From positions 576,001 through 640,000 of the forward strand of contig CAXRHT010000001.1 of the NCBI GenBank assembly GCA_964230645.1: a DNA stretch of 64,000 nucleotides, written 5' to 3'. Under the pieces are notes generated by a model. The model had not been told where the DNA came from, searched no databases, and worked only from the letters and a program-made list of their open reading frames with translations. This stretch comes from Bdellovibrionales bacterium. Lineage in GTDB: Bacteria; Bdellovibrionota; Bdellovibrionia; Bdellovibrionales; JAGQZY01. This document shows positions 50,316 through 61,119 of the stretch, piece after piece; within the stretch, counting starts at the first letter, position 1, and each line of letters opens with the position of its first letter. The position numbers and the translations under genes were made by a program.

Positions 50316-51709
50316 GATACTTTCTTCCTTTTTTTAAAATAAAAAAGATGAATGATCCCAAAGACAATGAGAAGGCTTCCTAAATACTTCCAGGGTCGAC
50401 CTGGGTCTTGATTCACTGAAAGGATCGACATCGTTGGTCGCCCCATTTCATCTTCCTGAAAACTTGACTGGTAAAAAGTGATTCCATTGTAATAAAGGGG
50501 TTCATTCATTGAAATTGTGGTGTCAGAGGTCGTTTGCTTTTCTTTATCGAGAACAGTGACGTCACTCTCGTAGGTGGCTGCACGCATAGTCCCTTGGTAA
50601 CGACCCACTCGAAAATCATCCAAGCGAAGAGCAAAGTTTAGACTAATTTGTCGATTGGCAAATATAAATACATGGAAAGCATCGTCGGAAAAAAGTCGGA
50701 CCGATGAGTTAAGTCCTGTCCAATACTCTTTGCCATTAAACTGAAAGCGAATGGCCTGAATGGCTCCTTCTACAGACGTTTCTATGGGTTCATAGGTCCA
50801 AACGTCTTTTGCGTGAGGCAAGTATTTTAAAATCCTAAAGGTTAAACCCATCCATCCTGTTTCAATGGAGTCTCCTGATGAGGCTTTTCCCTCTTTGGTG
50901 AGTCCACTTTTACTAGCTGTAAAAACCTTGTAAGTGAGCTCTTCGTTTTCTCGATCAGACTCAAGGAGAAGAACATTGCCCCCCTGGTATTTAAAAGCCC
51001 CTTTTTTTGAAAGAACGATTTTAGCAGGCCCCATGTTTTTAACTTCAAAGGGACTCTTTCCTAGCAGTAACCAATCGGACTCACTGACACGCTCGTTGGC
51101 AATTTGAAAACGTAGACCCGCTCCATCCGTCTTTTTTTCGGAAGCTTCCACTTTAAACTGAGGAATGGCGTAAGGGCGAAATTTATCCACCACAATTTTA
51201 TCTTTACCAAGGTTAACGATATAGGGGTCTTCTTCAGTGGGTGGGTTACTGATAAAGTTAACCTCTTCTTCAAAGACAGGGCGGGCCCCTCCCGTTAAAA
51301 GGCCACTGTATGCAATAATGTCAGTGGCACCCACAGTTACCTTATTTTTTGACTCCCCCATATTGAAAGCCATGGACCCATCAATACCTGTATAGCGGGT
51401 CAAAAGAGAACCGCCTATAAGAATGAGAATTCCCACATGCGCACTAATAAAACCAATATGATGTTTTTTCCAAGGATAACGATCAATGATTACGGCGATA
51501 AGATTGATCGCAAGAAGCGCAAAGATCGTATAGGAATACCAGGAATGATAAACGGTTTCTTGAGCTCGCTTTGCATCATTATACATCGATTCAACAATCG
51601 TACCCCATGCGGACATAGTCCCAATAGCCAAAATTACGAAAACGGCTAATCTTAGAGAGGCAAAAGGTTTTACAAACTTTTTAAACTTTGATTTCTTTTT
51701 GGAACTCAC
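50312..51709 (-). CDS. Cytochrome c biogenesis protein ResB/CcsB
   Basis: ASLRLAV, AHVGIL, ISMNEPL, FYQSS, DPG; overlaps ccsA. Confidence 0.88.
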   Translation of the reverse strand: MSSKKKSKFKKFVKPFASLRLAVFVILAIGTMSAWGTIVESMYNDAKRAQETVYHSWYSYTIFALLAINLIAVIIDRYPWKKHHIGFISAHVGILILIGGSLLTRYTGIDGSMAFNMGESKNKVTVGATDIIAYSGLLTGGARPVFEEEVNFISNPPTEEDPYIVNLGKDKIVVDKFRPYAIPQFKVEASEKKTDGAGLRFQIANERVSESDWLLLGKSPFEVKNMGPAKIVLSKKGAFKYQGGNVLLLESDRENEELTYKVFTASKSGLTKEGKASSGDSIETGWMGLTFRILKYLPHAKDVWTYEPIETSVEGAIQAIRFQFNGKEYWTGLNSSVRLFSDDAFHVFIFANRQISLNFALRLDDFRVGRYQGTMRAATYESDVTVLDKEKQTTSDTTISMNEPLYYNGITFYQSSFQEDEMGRPTMSILSVNQDPGRPWKYLGSLLIVFGIIHLFYFKKRKKVS

Positions 51710-52522
51710 TTAACTCAGACTCCCGACCTGCTTTTGAATTTCAAGAATAGCACGGCAAAGTCGGTTCTGCATGCCTTCAAGTTTATCTTTATCTAACTTT
51801 TTTGAGTCTTCATCCATGTAGAGATGACGATTCATTTCTATTTGTATCGTATGTTTATTTTCCTCTGGACACCCATACATTTGGGTGATTCCACCCCCTA
51901 CATAAGGCCAGTTGTACGCCACCTGAAAACCCGCTTTCTGAAGAGAGGTCATAACTAAATCCTTGAACTCTCCCCTCGCGCTTTTACCGTGAAAATCACT
52001 GACAACGATCTCAGCCCGAGTTTCTCCCGGATCAGGATGTAGTTCAGTTCCCTTTGAGGGCATAGAATGAAGATCCAGATGATAAACCACCCCCCATTTT
52101 TCAATGATCTTTTTTTGCAACTCTTTGAGCTGATCGTGAAAGGGTTGATAATACTTTTCGACAAGATCTTGATGCAGCCTCTGGCTCATGGGTTTTTCGA
52201 TCAAAGGCTCGTCAAAAGTGGTCACACTCCAGTGAAGTCCTTTAGGCTCCTTTCCGGCCGGTTGCTCGGCCTCTTCAACAGCTGCTCCATCGTACTGATC
52301 AGGCCAGCGATTAAGATCCACAACATAGCGATGCCATGGAGTGATCAGTGCGGGAAGCTCGGATTCCTTGATGGCTTTTTCATAGAGCTTATCAACATAG
52401 CGATCCACATCTCGCATCAAAGTGGGCTCAGAAAGGCCCGCCAACCAAGTGACCTCAGGAGGTATCATTTCGCCAGAATGGGGGATGGAGAGAAATAAGG
52501 GTGCATCAGGATGTATTTTCAT
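51710..52522 (-). CDS. N-formylglutamate amidohydrolase family
   Basis: SIPHSG, VDLNR, YYQPFH, DLHSM, NWPYVGG, QIEMNR. Start at MKIHP. Confidence 0.9.
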   Translation of the reverse strand: MKIHPDAPLFLSIPHSGEMIPPEVTWLAGLSEPTLMRDVDRYVDKLYEKAIKESELPALITPWHRYVVDLNRWPDQYDGAAVEEAEQPAGKEPKGLHWSVTTFDEPLIEKPMSQRLHQDLVEKYYQPFHDQLKELQKKIIEKWGVVYHLDLHSMPSKGTELHPDPGETRAEIVVSDFHGKSARGEFKDLVMTSLQKAGFQVAYNWPYVGGGITQMYGCPEENKHTIQIEMNRHLYMDEDSKKLDKDKLEGMQNRLCRAILEIQKQVGSLS

Positions 52523-52628
52523 ACCCGTTGAATAGATTGAATCACTAATAAAAACAATAGCTTTTGCCAAATTGACCCTGATTTTCGCATGGGATAAATT
52601 GAAGCTTTAGCGAATCAAGGAGTCCTCA

Positions 52629-53186
52629 ATGAAAATTTACACAAAACAGGGTGATAAGGGAGAAACCTCACTGGTTGACGGTTCAAAAGTCAAAAAATCC
52701 ACCCTCCGCATTGAAACCTATGGGACTGTGGACGAGCTCAACTCTCATCTGGGTATCCTCTCCTCACTTTTAGAGGGTGATGAACAATTGAGCATCGCAC
52801 GTTATGACGTCATGCACCTGCAAACCTATCTTTTCCAACTGGGAAGCCAGCTGGCATGTATCGATGAAAAAATGGCAGAAAAACTCCCCCAGTTTGATGA
52901 GTCTCTCGTATCAGAAATCGAAGAAAAAATTGATAAAATGGATGAAAAACTTCCGGAGCTTAAAAACTTTATTTTACCCGGCGGACATCAAGGCGCTAGC
53001 CAGGCCCATGTTTGTCGAACCATCTGTCGTCGCGCCGAGCGTCTTAGTGTCAAACTCGATGAAGAAGAAAAGCTCCGCTTTCCTGCCATTGTCTTCTTAA
53101 ATCGTTTGAGTGACTATTTCTTTGTCCTGGCTCGACATATTAATCACCAAAAGGGCATCCCTTCGCATGAGTGGAAACCCGAATGA
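52629..53186 (+). CDS. PduO-type cob(I)alamin adenosyltransferase
   Basis: KIYTKQGDKGET, YGTVDELNS, FILPGG, RRAER, LNRLSD. Confidence 0.95.
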   Translation: MKIYTKQGDKGETSLVDGSKVKKSTLRIETYGTVDELNSHLGILSSLLEGDEQLSIARYDVMHLQTYLFQLGSQLACIDEKMAEKLPQFDESLVSEIEEKIDKMDEKLPELKNFILPGGHQGASQAHVCRTICRRAERLSVKLDEEEKLRFPAIVFLNRLSDYFFVLARHINHQKGIPSHEWKPE

Positions 53187-54295
53187 AACTAATGTTGGCC
53201 ACTGAGCAAGACAATGAAGACCTGAAAAGTTTTTTTAACAAACAGGTCTTAGAGGGCGTTTACGATTATCGCCTGGTACGCTCAAACTCTTTTTTTGATC
53301 AGTACAAAATCTCGACTGATGATTATCAGACCTATATTTTAAAGGACCGTAGCGGGGAAATCCAAGCCATGGCCTCTATGCTATTTAAAAAAGGCTATAT
53401 TCACGATCAAGAGCAAACCATTGGTTATGTCACTGATCTTCGTGTTTCAAAATCTCGAGCCGCAACCCTGACATGGACCAAGGAGTTTGTTCCTGCCTTT
53501 GAAGCCGAAAGGGAAAAGAGAAATTGCCAATTTATTTTTTCAGAACTGGAGCAATTCGAGAACATCGCCTACAACACTTTGTTGCGTCGACGCAGCCGTA
53601 CGACCTATATGCCGCGCTATCATCTTTTCCGGAAATTCTATTTGGTCGCTATTTACGGTAAACATTTTTTTGCAGACTATCCGCTTTCAACTATTAAGAT
53701 TGAAAACGGTAGAACCGAAGACATCGAACCTCTTTGCCAGTACTTGCAGAGCAAGTCCGTTCGACGCCCCTTACGCTACAACACCAATGTTGAAGAGCTT
53801 GAAAGAAGACTTAGAATCTGGCCCAACTTTTCCATTCAGAATTTTTTAGTGGCTCGCAATAGGCAGGGTCAAATTATTGGGTGCATGGCTCCTTGGAACA
53901 ATCGCGATGTTCAACAAGTTATTGCCCATAAGTACAAACGTCAAAGTTTTCAAGTTTTCTCCACAAGTCAAACGCTTGGACTTTTGGGGTTAGCAAGACC
54001 TCTTCCTAAGCCAGGCCAGGCGTTTCAGTTTAAATACATCACTCATGGAGCTTACGATAACCCTGATATTTTTTATTCCCTTCTTAATCGGGCTTACTAT
54101 GACTGCCAAAACAAAGAGCTCTTAGTTTATCAAAATTATTTTGGAGATTTCCCCACTCGCCCGCCTCGCTCTTTTATGCACATAAAAATTCCTTATGGTT
54201 TTTACTCGGTTCTTGATCACGAAGCCAAACTGCCTCACTTTTTACACCCCAATCCTTTTATCCCAGCACCAGACTTTCAAGTTTATGCATTCTAA
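53183..54295 (+). CDS. Hypothetical protein, tandem GNAT-like
   Basis: ATGA overlap with the upstream gene; two repeats of an ATEQD/GRTED-type start, plus GYVTDLRV. Confidence 0.6.
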   Translation: MKLMLATEQDNEDLKSFFNKQVLEGVYDYRLVRSNSFFDQYKISTDDYQTYILKDRSGEIQAMASMLFKKGYIHDQEQTIGYVTDLRVSKSRAATLTWTKEFVPAFEAEREKRNCQFIFSELEQFENIAYNTLLRRRSRTTYMPRYHLFRKFYLVAIYGKHFFADYPLSTIKIENGRTEDIEPLCQYLQSKSVRRPLRYNTNVEELERRLRIWPNFSIQNFLVARNRQGQIIGCMAPWNNRDVQQVIAHKYKRQSFQVFSTSQTLGLLGLARPLPKPGQAFQFKYITHGAYDNPDIFYSLLNRAYYDCQNKELLVYQNYFGDFPTRPPRSFMHIKIPYGFYSVLDHEAKLPHFLHPNPFIPAPDFQVYAF

Positions 54296-54579
54296 ATGAA
54301 CAGCTTCAAAACCAACGAAGGTGGCTTTAAACCCTTGATCTCTCAGGCTTTTGCCGTTGCGCGCAATTTTATAGGAACTCTAATAAATTTTAATACTTGT
54401 TTGCAAAGTCTTATATTTCGCTAGCTTGCAGCTTTATTTATAGATCTTTTGTAATTTCTCTACTCTCCCTGAAATCTTTTTCGTATTCAACTTCCTTATT
54501 CTTTGGTTGTGTGTGGGCGGGACTAAACAAACAAAATCAAACTTTTTAAAGTTTGAGGGCACATTAAAAAGGGGCATCC

Positions 54580-55263
54580 ATGCAATCCATCTGTTTGCTT
54601 TTTGCGGGACAAAAAGGCTTAGACGACGTGAACTTTCGACAATCGGTACTAAGGATTCCGGAGGTTTCAAGACGACTCAAAGAAGCTCAGAGGATTTTAG
54701 ATCAGGCGATTGACTCAGACATTTATGTCGACCTCTTTTCTTTCGTCAATTCTCTAGACAACGAATTTGAAAGCCACTCTAATTTAAAATCTCTTGCAGC
54801 CACCTGTGTTCAAGTAGGTCTTTTCGATCGTTTAATTAAATATCGCAGTCGCCCTCAGTTTCTAGTTGGACGAGTCAACGGGCTTTCCGCAATGAAAGTT
54901 TCCGCCGGCATGCAGTCTTTTCAAGATCTCGTTGTGACAAGCCCCTTCTGTCAGGAAAATACGCTTATGGGCCGATTCGCCAATCAGAAGAACTCTAAAC
55001 TTTTTGGGACAGAGCTTGAAGAGTATGGGGTGCTTGCATGGAACCATGATGGTTACTACGAAGAGGTGCAAATGGAGCAAAAAGAAGCGGTCGCCATTCT
55101 TAGTGAACTTTCAAAAACTCATATCCTCACTCAGTGCATTCACGTTGGCCCCACTTACGAATTTTGGCTGAGTGAATTTGAGAAAAAAGATATGAACACT
55201 TTAGCTTCCATGAGCTCTATTGATCTCGACCCAATTCTCAATTCTTTTTGGAAGTCAGCTTAA
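54580..55263 (+). CDS. Hypothetical protein, degenerate FabD/acyltransferase-like
   Basis: LLFAGQ, QVGLF, PQFLVG, HVGP; lacks GHSxG. Confidence 0.55.
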   Translation: MQSICLLFAGQKGLDDVNFRQSVLRIPEVSRRLKEAQRILDQAIDSDIYVDLFSFVNSLDNEFESHSNLKSLAATCVQVGLFDRLIKYRSRPQFLVGRVNGLSAMKVSAGMQSFQDLVVTSPFCQENTLMGRFANQKNSKLFGTELEEYGVLAWNHDGYYEEVQMEQKEAVAILSELSKTHILTQCIHVGPTYEFWLSEFEKKDMNTLASMSSIDLDPILNSFWKSA

Positions 55264-55344
55264 TAGGGCAAGCTCAGTGAGGCACTCAGCCTTTTTAAAG
55301 TGCCTGCCGCCCGGCTGAAATTTATCGATTTATTTTTTTAATAA

Positions 55345-57039
55345 CTACAGATCTTCTTGAGTATTGGAGAGAAGCTCTTCTATTGTTGTAATCCCTTGGA
55401 TGACTTTTTGAATCCCGTGATCACGGAAAGTTTTCATCCCCTGTTCAATGGCTTTTTTCTTAATCAACCCTGAGTCTTGTCTCTGCATGACGAGAGTTCT
55501 TACCTCTTCGGTAACCACCAAGAGTTCTTGGATCAAAGTTCGACCAATATAACCCTTGTTATTACATTTGTTACAACCTACAGCTTTGTGAATTTTTGCA
55601 TCAGCAAGGTCGGCCTGGGTCATTCCAAGATTTTTCATCTCAAGGTCGGAAGGCTCATGGGGGGCCTTGCAATGAGGACAAAGCACACGAACCAGTCGTT
55701 GAGAAATAACTCCTAAAAGTGAGGTCGCAATTAAAAAAGGCTCACACCCCATATCGATCAAACGTGGGAAAGCCCCCGCCGCATCGTTGGTGTGAATTGT
55801 GGAGAGAACCAAGTGACCTGTTAGTGAGGAGTTAATGGCAATTTCTGCTGTTTCAAGGTCACGAATCTCCCCGATCATAATGATGTCTGGATCCTGACGA
55901 AGAATCGCTCGAAGACCTCCCGCAAAAGTGAGACCGATCTTTGAATTCACCTGAATCTGGCCAATACCCTGGATTCGTTGCTCGACAGGATCTTCAACAG
56001 TAATGATATTGGTATCTATGGCGTTGAGCCTCTGTAGAGAAGCGTAAAGGGTTGTCGATTTACCACTTCCCGTCGGTCCGGTGACAAGAAGAATACCGTA
56101 GGTTCTTGTAAGTAAATTAGTTAGGTTGGAGAGATTCTCCTCAGAAAAACCAAGCTGCTCAAGACTTAACACCACATTGGAGCGATCCTGTAAACGCATC
56201 ACTGCTCGCTCCCCGTGCGCTGTGGGAACCGTGCTCAAACGAACATCAATATCTTTACCCCCAATTTTTAAGGGGATACGACCATCTTGGGGAAGTCTTT
56301 TTTCGGCGATGTTGAGATTTCCCATTACCTTAATACGAGAGGTGATCGAATTCTGTAATCGTTTGGGTGGCTTAAATACATCATATAAAACACCATCCAC
56401 ACGAAAACGCACCACCATATCTTTTTCGTAAGGTTCGATATGAATATCTGAGGCCTTTTCTTTGACGGCTCGTGAAAGAAGAGTGTTCACTAATCGAATC
56501 ACAGGAGCATCATCGTCAGCGGCTTCGAGCAAATCTATGATCGGTTCATCAAGATCATAGTCATCCTCTTCAATTTCATCGAGCCCCTCAAGAGCAGCCG
56601 TACCCTTTTCGTACACCCTGTTGATGGCATCAAGAAGCTTAACCTTCGTAGTTAAGACAGGAACAATTTGTTTTTTAAACAAAAGCCTTAAGTCATCAAG
56701 GACTGTGATATTAAGGGGGTTGGTCGTTAACACCAAAACTTGCCTATTGTCTTCTTTGTAGGGAAGAATCTCAAAGTTTTTTGCGTAATTTATGGGAATG
56801 CCTCGAATCATGTCCATTGCGATATCGTTAATAATGATATCTTTTGCAAACTGAATTCCGATTCTTTCAGAGAGCTTCTCCATCACACGATCCGTGGTGG
56901 GATCACTGATCTCTTCCAAACTTTTCCTAACCGTTTTGGAGCCACCAAAATCGGAATCGAGCAATATTTGCAGTTGCTCGTCGGTGAGGCTTGTTGATTT
57001 CTGAATGATATTTTCAATCACTTGATTGGAAGCTGCCAT
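55345..57039 (-). CDS. gspE: T2SS ATPase
   Basis: ASDIHIEP, RLPQDGR, GPTGSGKST, LRQDPD, two CxxC. Confidence 0.95.
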   Translation of the reverse strand: MAASNQVIENIIQKSTSLTDEQLQILLDSDFGGSKTVRKSLEEISDPTTDRVMEKLSERIGIQFAKDIIINDIAMDMIRGIPINYAKNFEILPYKEDNRQVLVLTTNPLNITVLDDLRLLFKKQIVPVLTTKVKLLDAINRVYEKGTAALEGLDEIEEDDYDLDEPIIDLLEAADDDAPVIRLVNTLLSRAVKEKASDIHIEPYEKDMVVRFRVDGVLYDVFKPPKRLQNSITSRIKVMGNLNIAEKRLPQDGRIPLKIGGKDIDVRLSTVPTAHGERAVMRLQDRSNVVLSLEQLGFSEENLSNLTNLLTRTYGILLVTGPTGSGKSTTLYASLQRLNAIDTNIITVEDPVEQRIQGIGQIQVNSKIGLTFAGGLRAILRQDPDIIMIGEIRDLETAEIAINSSLTGHLVLSTIHTNDAAGAFPRLIDMGCEPFLIATSLLGVISQRLVRVLCPHCKAPHEPSDLEMKNLGMTQADLADAKIHKAVGCNKCNNKGYIGRTLIQELLVVTEEVRTLVMQRQDSGLIKKKAIEQGMKTFRDHGIQKVIQGITTIEELLSNTQEDL

Positions 57040-57048
57040 ATGTCCTTA

Positions 57049-59670
57049 TTAAAATCCTTCAAATTCACTTTCAAACTCATCGGCTGTATTGTCAAAGCTT
57101 GAGTCATCAAAGCTCTCTGTCGGCGCGGGCTCTTCTCCCACTGGGATAGCCTCTTCCAAATCCAATTCGATTTCTTCGGTATTTGGAACAAAAGTTTTTG
57201 AAGAAGCTTCTGCGTCTTGGATCAAACTATTAAAACGCTCGCCGTAAGGATCTCGCCCTCCAGAGTTCTTTTTAATCCAGTCGATCCGCTCAGTCATTTT
57301 CTGCTTAAGAATGTCTTTGTGACCCTGAGAATTTCTAATAATTTTTGGAGTTAAAAACACAACCAAGTTCTTTTTAATTTTTCTCACTGTGCTGTTTTTA
57401 AACAACCACCCAAGAATCGGAATGTCGCCAAGAAGTGGAATCTTCGATTCAGTAATGGAATCTTCGTCTTCCATCAATCCACCAAGGACCGCAGTCTGCC
57501 CTGACTCAAGAACAATATTTGTTTTCAAAGACTTCTTGGTCAAGGCCTGAGCATTATCGGCCAGGTTTTGTGCTTGAATGGCCTTTGTCGAAACTTTTTG
57601 AATTTTCTGCTCTACATTAAGGCGCACGATATCAGAGTCTGGACTGATAAAGGGTTTGATCTTAAGTAAGATCGTGGCGTCTTTAAACTGTGGAGTAAAA
57701 GTAGAAAGTCCAGCATTGGAAGCACTTTGTGTTGCTCCGACAGGCACCTCATCTCCAACCTCAATTTCCGACTCTTCATTGTCCATAGCTAAAATGTTTG
57801 GAGTTGAGAGAATGTTGGCGTTGGTCTTTTCTTTAAGAAAACTAATCAATGCAATAAGACTTGGGATCTCAATGACCTGTCCTCCCGCATTGATCTGAAT
57901 GGTTTCACTAGGATCCCCAAGGTTGAGAATAGCCCCTTTTCCTCCGACAGGATTGACTAGATCAGCCAAAGAGGAAGAACCACCAGAGAATCCAACACGC
58001 GCCACACCTTCTCCATTGGTGGTCTGGTTATTAGGATCTTCGCTTTTGAAGAATCTCATATAGTTCATATTCCAAACATTCGAGTTGTTGGCTTCCATTT
58101 CCATAATGATGGCTTCAACAAAAACTTGATCTTTAGGAATATCAATCTTGGCTAAAAGATTTTTAACCACTTTGTAGTCCTGTCTTCCCGCGGTAACAAT
58201 AAGGGAGTTGGTATTTTCGTCGGCTTTAATGACAACATTTCCACCAAAGATCGGTTTTTGCACCTTAGGCGCTTGAAAAGATTTGTCATCTTTACTTTTA
58301 TTAGACTGCTCGGCCGCTTTTTCTGATTCTTCGGCAATTCCTGAGAGCGTTTCAGCGATTTTAACAGCCTCACCATGTTTCACGTAGTATACATACACCC
58401 CACCAGCATCCGCAGGATCAAGGGGATAATCCAGACGCTTTACAAGTTCTTGGATTCGGTCAATACCCTGAGAATTACCAACCACAATAATGGAGTTGGT
58501 ACGGTCATCAGGAGCCACAATTTTAAGGTTTTCTGTTTTACCTTCATCACCTTTACTAAAGCGAGAACGGCGAAACCGACTCTTACTGTCACTTTCCTCT
58601 TCACCTTCATTTATGATTTTCTGAATAAGCTCAGAAATATCTTTTGCTTTGGCATGTCTAATAGGAATTACTTCAAGACGCTCTTCAAATCCAGGCTTAT
58701 CGAGCTCCTCAATGATGCGAGAAATTCTTTCCACACTGGAACCGTAGCCGGAAATAATCAGTGAATTGGTTTTTTCATAGGACTCAACATCCCCTGCTTT
58801 TTTCGAAACGAATTTTTCTAAACTCTTTTTCAAAGTTTCAGCATTGATATATTTCAGTTGCACAATTCGGGTGATCAACTGATCGGAGGTTGGAAAATAA
58901 GCACCGGCATAAGTTTCAATGGAATCGTTCTTGGCGTTTGTCTCTTTTCTAATTTTTAAGTAGCCATCGCCTGTTGGTACAATGGTGTAGTTGTTCATGG
59001 CAAGGGCTGAGAGAAACATCTTCCAAGCTTGAGCCACTGTCACCGGTGTTGGAGCTACGATGGTGATTTTTCCATTCACCCCTGGTTCCATAATGAAGTT
59101 CTTTTTGGTGAGTTTCCCAATTGCGTTGGCCACGTCCATAATATTGGCATTGGGGTAGTTAAAACTCTCGATGATATCTGGGAAATTTTCATCGGTGATG
59201 TCTTCCGGTTGTGCTTCAGCAAAAGTCATTTTGCCTTTTTTATTGGAATCACTTTTAGCCACTTTTTTAACCTTGATATCACCCACAGGCGTGGTCGGAC
59301 GATTGTTAACAGGTGGCCTTGAATTGCTTCGCCCAAACGAGGGACGATTGTTGTTATTGTTGGTGTTGTTATTGGTATTGTCATTCCCACCACCACGACG
59401 AAAACGGCTACGTCGGAACCTTGAAGTGGGAGGAGGAGGTGGTTCTTCTTCGAATTCTTCTACGGGAATTTCTTCTTCGATATCGACTTCATCGATAATT
59501 TCACCATCGATGGGTTCGTTATCAAAAAACTCTTCTTCGGGGGCTTGGGCGATCGTCCAAAGGGGATCGTTTAACTTTATATCTGATGACTGGTTGTTCT
59601 CCATAGCCTGTGAAAAGGGAGAACTCACGAGTGTGAGAAGTGCTATCATCATGATTCGCAATATCTTCAT
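57049..59670 (-). CDS. gspD: T2SS secretin
   Basis: Repeated TNSLI domains, QVFVEAII, KIPLLGDIPILGWLFK. Start at MKILR. Confidence 0.93.
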   Translation of the reverse strand: MKILRIMMIALLTLVSSPFSQAMENNQSSDIKLNDPLWTIAQAPEEEFFDNEPIDGEIIDEVDIEEEIPVEEFEEEPPPPPTSRFRRSRFRRGGGNDNTNNNTNNNNNRPSFGRSNSRPPVNNRPTTPVGDIKVKKVAKSDSNKKGKMTFAEAQPEDITDENFPDIIESFNYPNANIMDVANAIGKLTKKNFIMEPGVNGKITIVAPTPVTVAQAWKMFLSALAMNNYTIVPTGDGYLKIRKETNAKNDSIETYAGAYFPTSDQLITRIVQLKYINAETLKKSLEKFVSKKAGDVESYEKTNSLIISGYGSSVERISRIIEELDKPGFEERLEVIPIRHAKAKDISELIQKIINEGEEESDSKSRFRRSRFSKGDEGKTENLKIVAPDDRTNSIIVVGNSQGIDRIQELVKRLDYPLDPADAGGVYVYYVKHGEAVKIAETLSGIAEESEKAAEQSNKSKDDKSFQAPKVQKPIFGGNVVIKADENTNSLIVTAGRQDYKVVKNLLAKIDIPKDQVFVEAIIMEMEANNSNVWNMNYMRFFKSEDPNNQTTNGEGVARVGFSGGSSSLADLVNPVGGKGAILNLGDPSETIQINAGGQVIEIPSLIALISFLKEKTNANILSTPNILAMDNEESEIEVGDEVPVGATQSASNAGLSTFTPQFKDATILLKIKPFISPDSDIVRLNVEQKIQKVSTKAIQAQNLADNAQALTKKSLKTNIVLESGQTAVLGGLMEDEDSITESKIPLLGDIPILGWLFKNSTVRKIKKNLVVFLTPKIIRNSQGHKDILKQKMTERIDWIKKNSGGRDPYGERFNSLIQDAEASSKTFVPNTEEIELDLEEAIPVGEEPAPTESFDDSSFDNTADEFESEFEGF

Positions 59671-60064
59671 TATGACCTTCCTATGGTGCAACATATCTAT
59701 TAAAACCCATAAATATTCAGAACTTAAAGCTTTTCCCAAATCCTTGGCCCGGATCGCGCCAAAGGTCGAGAGCGATCTTGGCACCCTTAAAGATCGCAGT
59801 GCATTATTGACTCAAGTGATGAAAATCAAAAGAAGACTCTTAAAGTTCTCCCTTCTTATTTTACTCTGATAAAAAACGGGGAAAAACCCCATCCTCCCCA
59901 GACAGCCGATACTAAAAGGTGCCTGGCAACCTTCACAAAAAAATTCCGACTTTGAGAAAATTTGAGTTTCTTGAAAGTTTTACGCTCTTTTTCAATGAAG
60001 AAAAGCTTTCCCAAGGTGAACCGATGATTAGTCTCACCGGTCAGCTTTCAAGGTATCTCTGATT

Positions 60065-61018
60065 CTACTCTAGGCTGTAGTTAAGGGTTGTTGGCGAACC
60101 GCCACGAGTGATCTCTAATTGGATATCGTCTGCACTTTTCAAAGCTTGGTACAATTCCATGGCTTTTTGAGGAGTGTCGACAGCTTCACCGTTGACTCCT
60201 TTAATAATGTCTCCACGCTTTAAGCCAAGCTTTTCATAAATACTTCCCGATTTCAAAGCCACCAATTTAAAACCACTGACCTCACCTCCAGAGCCCGGCT
60301 CCACATAAGGAACAGCTTTGGCGTCTTGTAAGACTCGTGGGAGATTTTCCAAGTACTTATTAATCTCTGCCCTTTTGAAGCTGAAGTTTGTTTGCTCAGG
60401 CTGAGGCTGCTGCACCCCTCCAGTGTTTGGGCTCGCAAGCCCCATCTTAAGGGCATTCTCTTCTTTGATTTCAATGTACTCAAGCTTACGATTTCGAAGG
60501 TTGCGAAAGATGACTTTAAACCTTTGAATTTCTCTGATACGAGCCATGTCTTCAACTTCGTCCTCAATAACAACAGCCTGAATGTCTTTGCCATTCACCT
60601 CAACAGTCGCTACAGACAACTGGGGAGCGCCGTGAATAATGGTTCCAACAAGCTTTAATGGAAGACTTGTTGGGACCGGATCGGTATTTTCCTCTCCAGA
60701 CTCTTCCGTGTTTTTTTCTCCCAGTGAATCGGGAATGAAGTGATCGGAGTTAAAGATGTTTTTGTCTTTTACACTGGTGAAAATAGAAGCTTGCCTGCCC
60801 CGACGCTGAAAACGATTGTTTCCAGGGCGCACGCGGGTGACTCCCCCAACAGGAAGCATCTTCGCTCGAATAAATGTCGTTCCGAAATCCGCAATCAGAA
60901 CACCAATAAAGAAGAGCAAAATATAAATGTAGGCCCCTTCAAAAGGAGGCCGTGGGTTTTTCAACCCTAGCTTATCTCCAAGTTTAGAGAGTTTAGAAAA
61001 GTTAAATCGACCAGCCAT
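60065..61018 (-). CDS. gspC: T2SS protein C with PDZ domain
   Basis: TM, LPLKLVG, GLKRGDIIKGVNG; upstream of gspD. Confidence 0.88.
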   Translation of the reverse strand: MAGRFNFSKLSKLGDKLGLKNPRPPFEGAYIYILLFFIGVLIADFGTTFIRAKMLPVGGVTRVRPGNNRFQRRGRQASIFTSVKDKNIFNSDHFIPDSLGEKNTEESGEENTDPVPTSLPLKLVGTIIHGAPQLSVATVEVNGKDIQAVVIEDEVEDMARIREIQRFKVIFRNLRNRKLEYIEIKEENALKMGLASPNTGGVQQPQPEQTNFSFKRAEINKYLENLPRVLQDAKAVPYVEPGSGGEVSGFKLVALKSGSIYEKLGLKRGDIIKGVNGEAVDTPQKAMELYQALKSADDIQLEITRGGSPTTLNYSLE

Positions 61019-61119
61019 AGATAAAAGTCTATCAAAAACTAAAAACAAATATTAGGAAAAACTCTCTGGACTGTAGGATAGTTTTTACCTTACCGCCAGA
61101 GGGCTCCCTTTTTCAGGAC

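Noticed and set aside
59171..59869. 232-aa plus-strand ORF
   Set aside because: Antisense shadow of the low-complexity gspD region.
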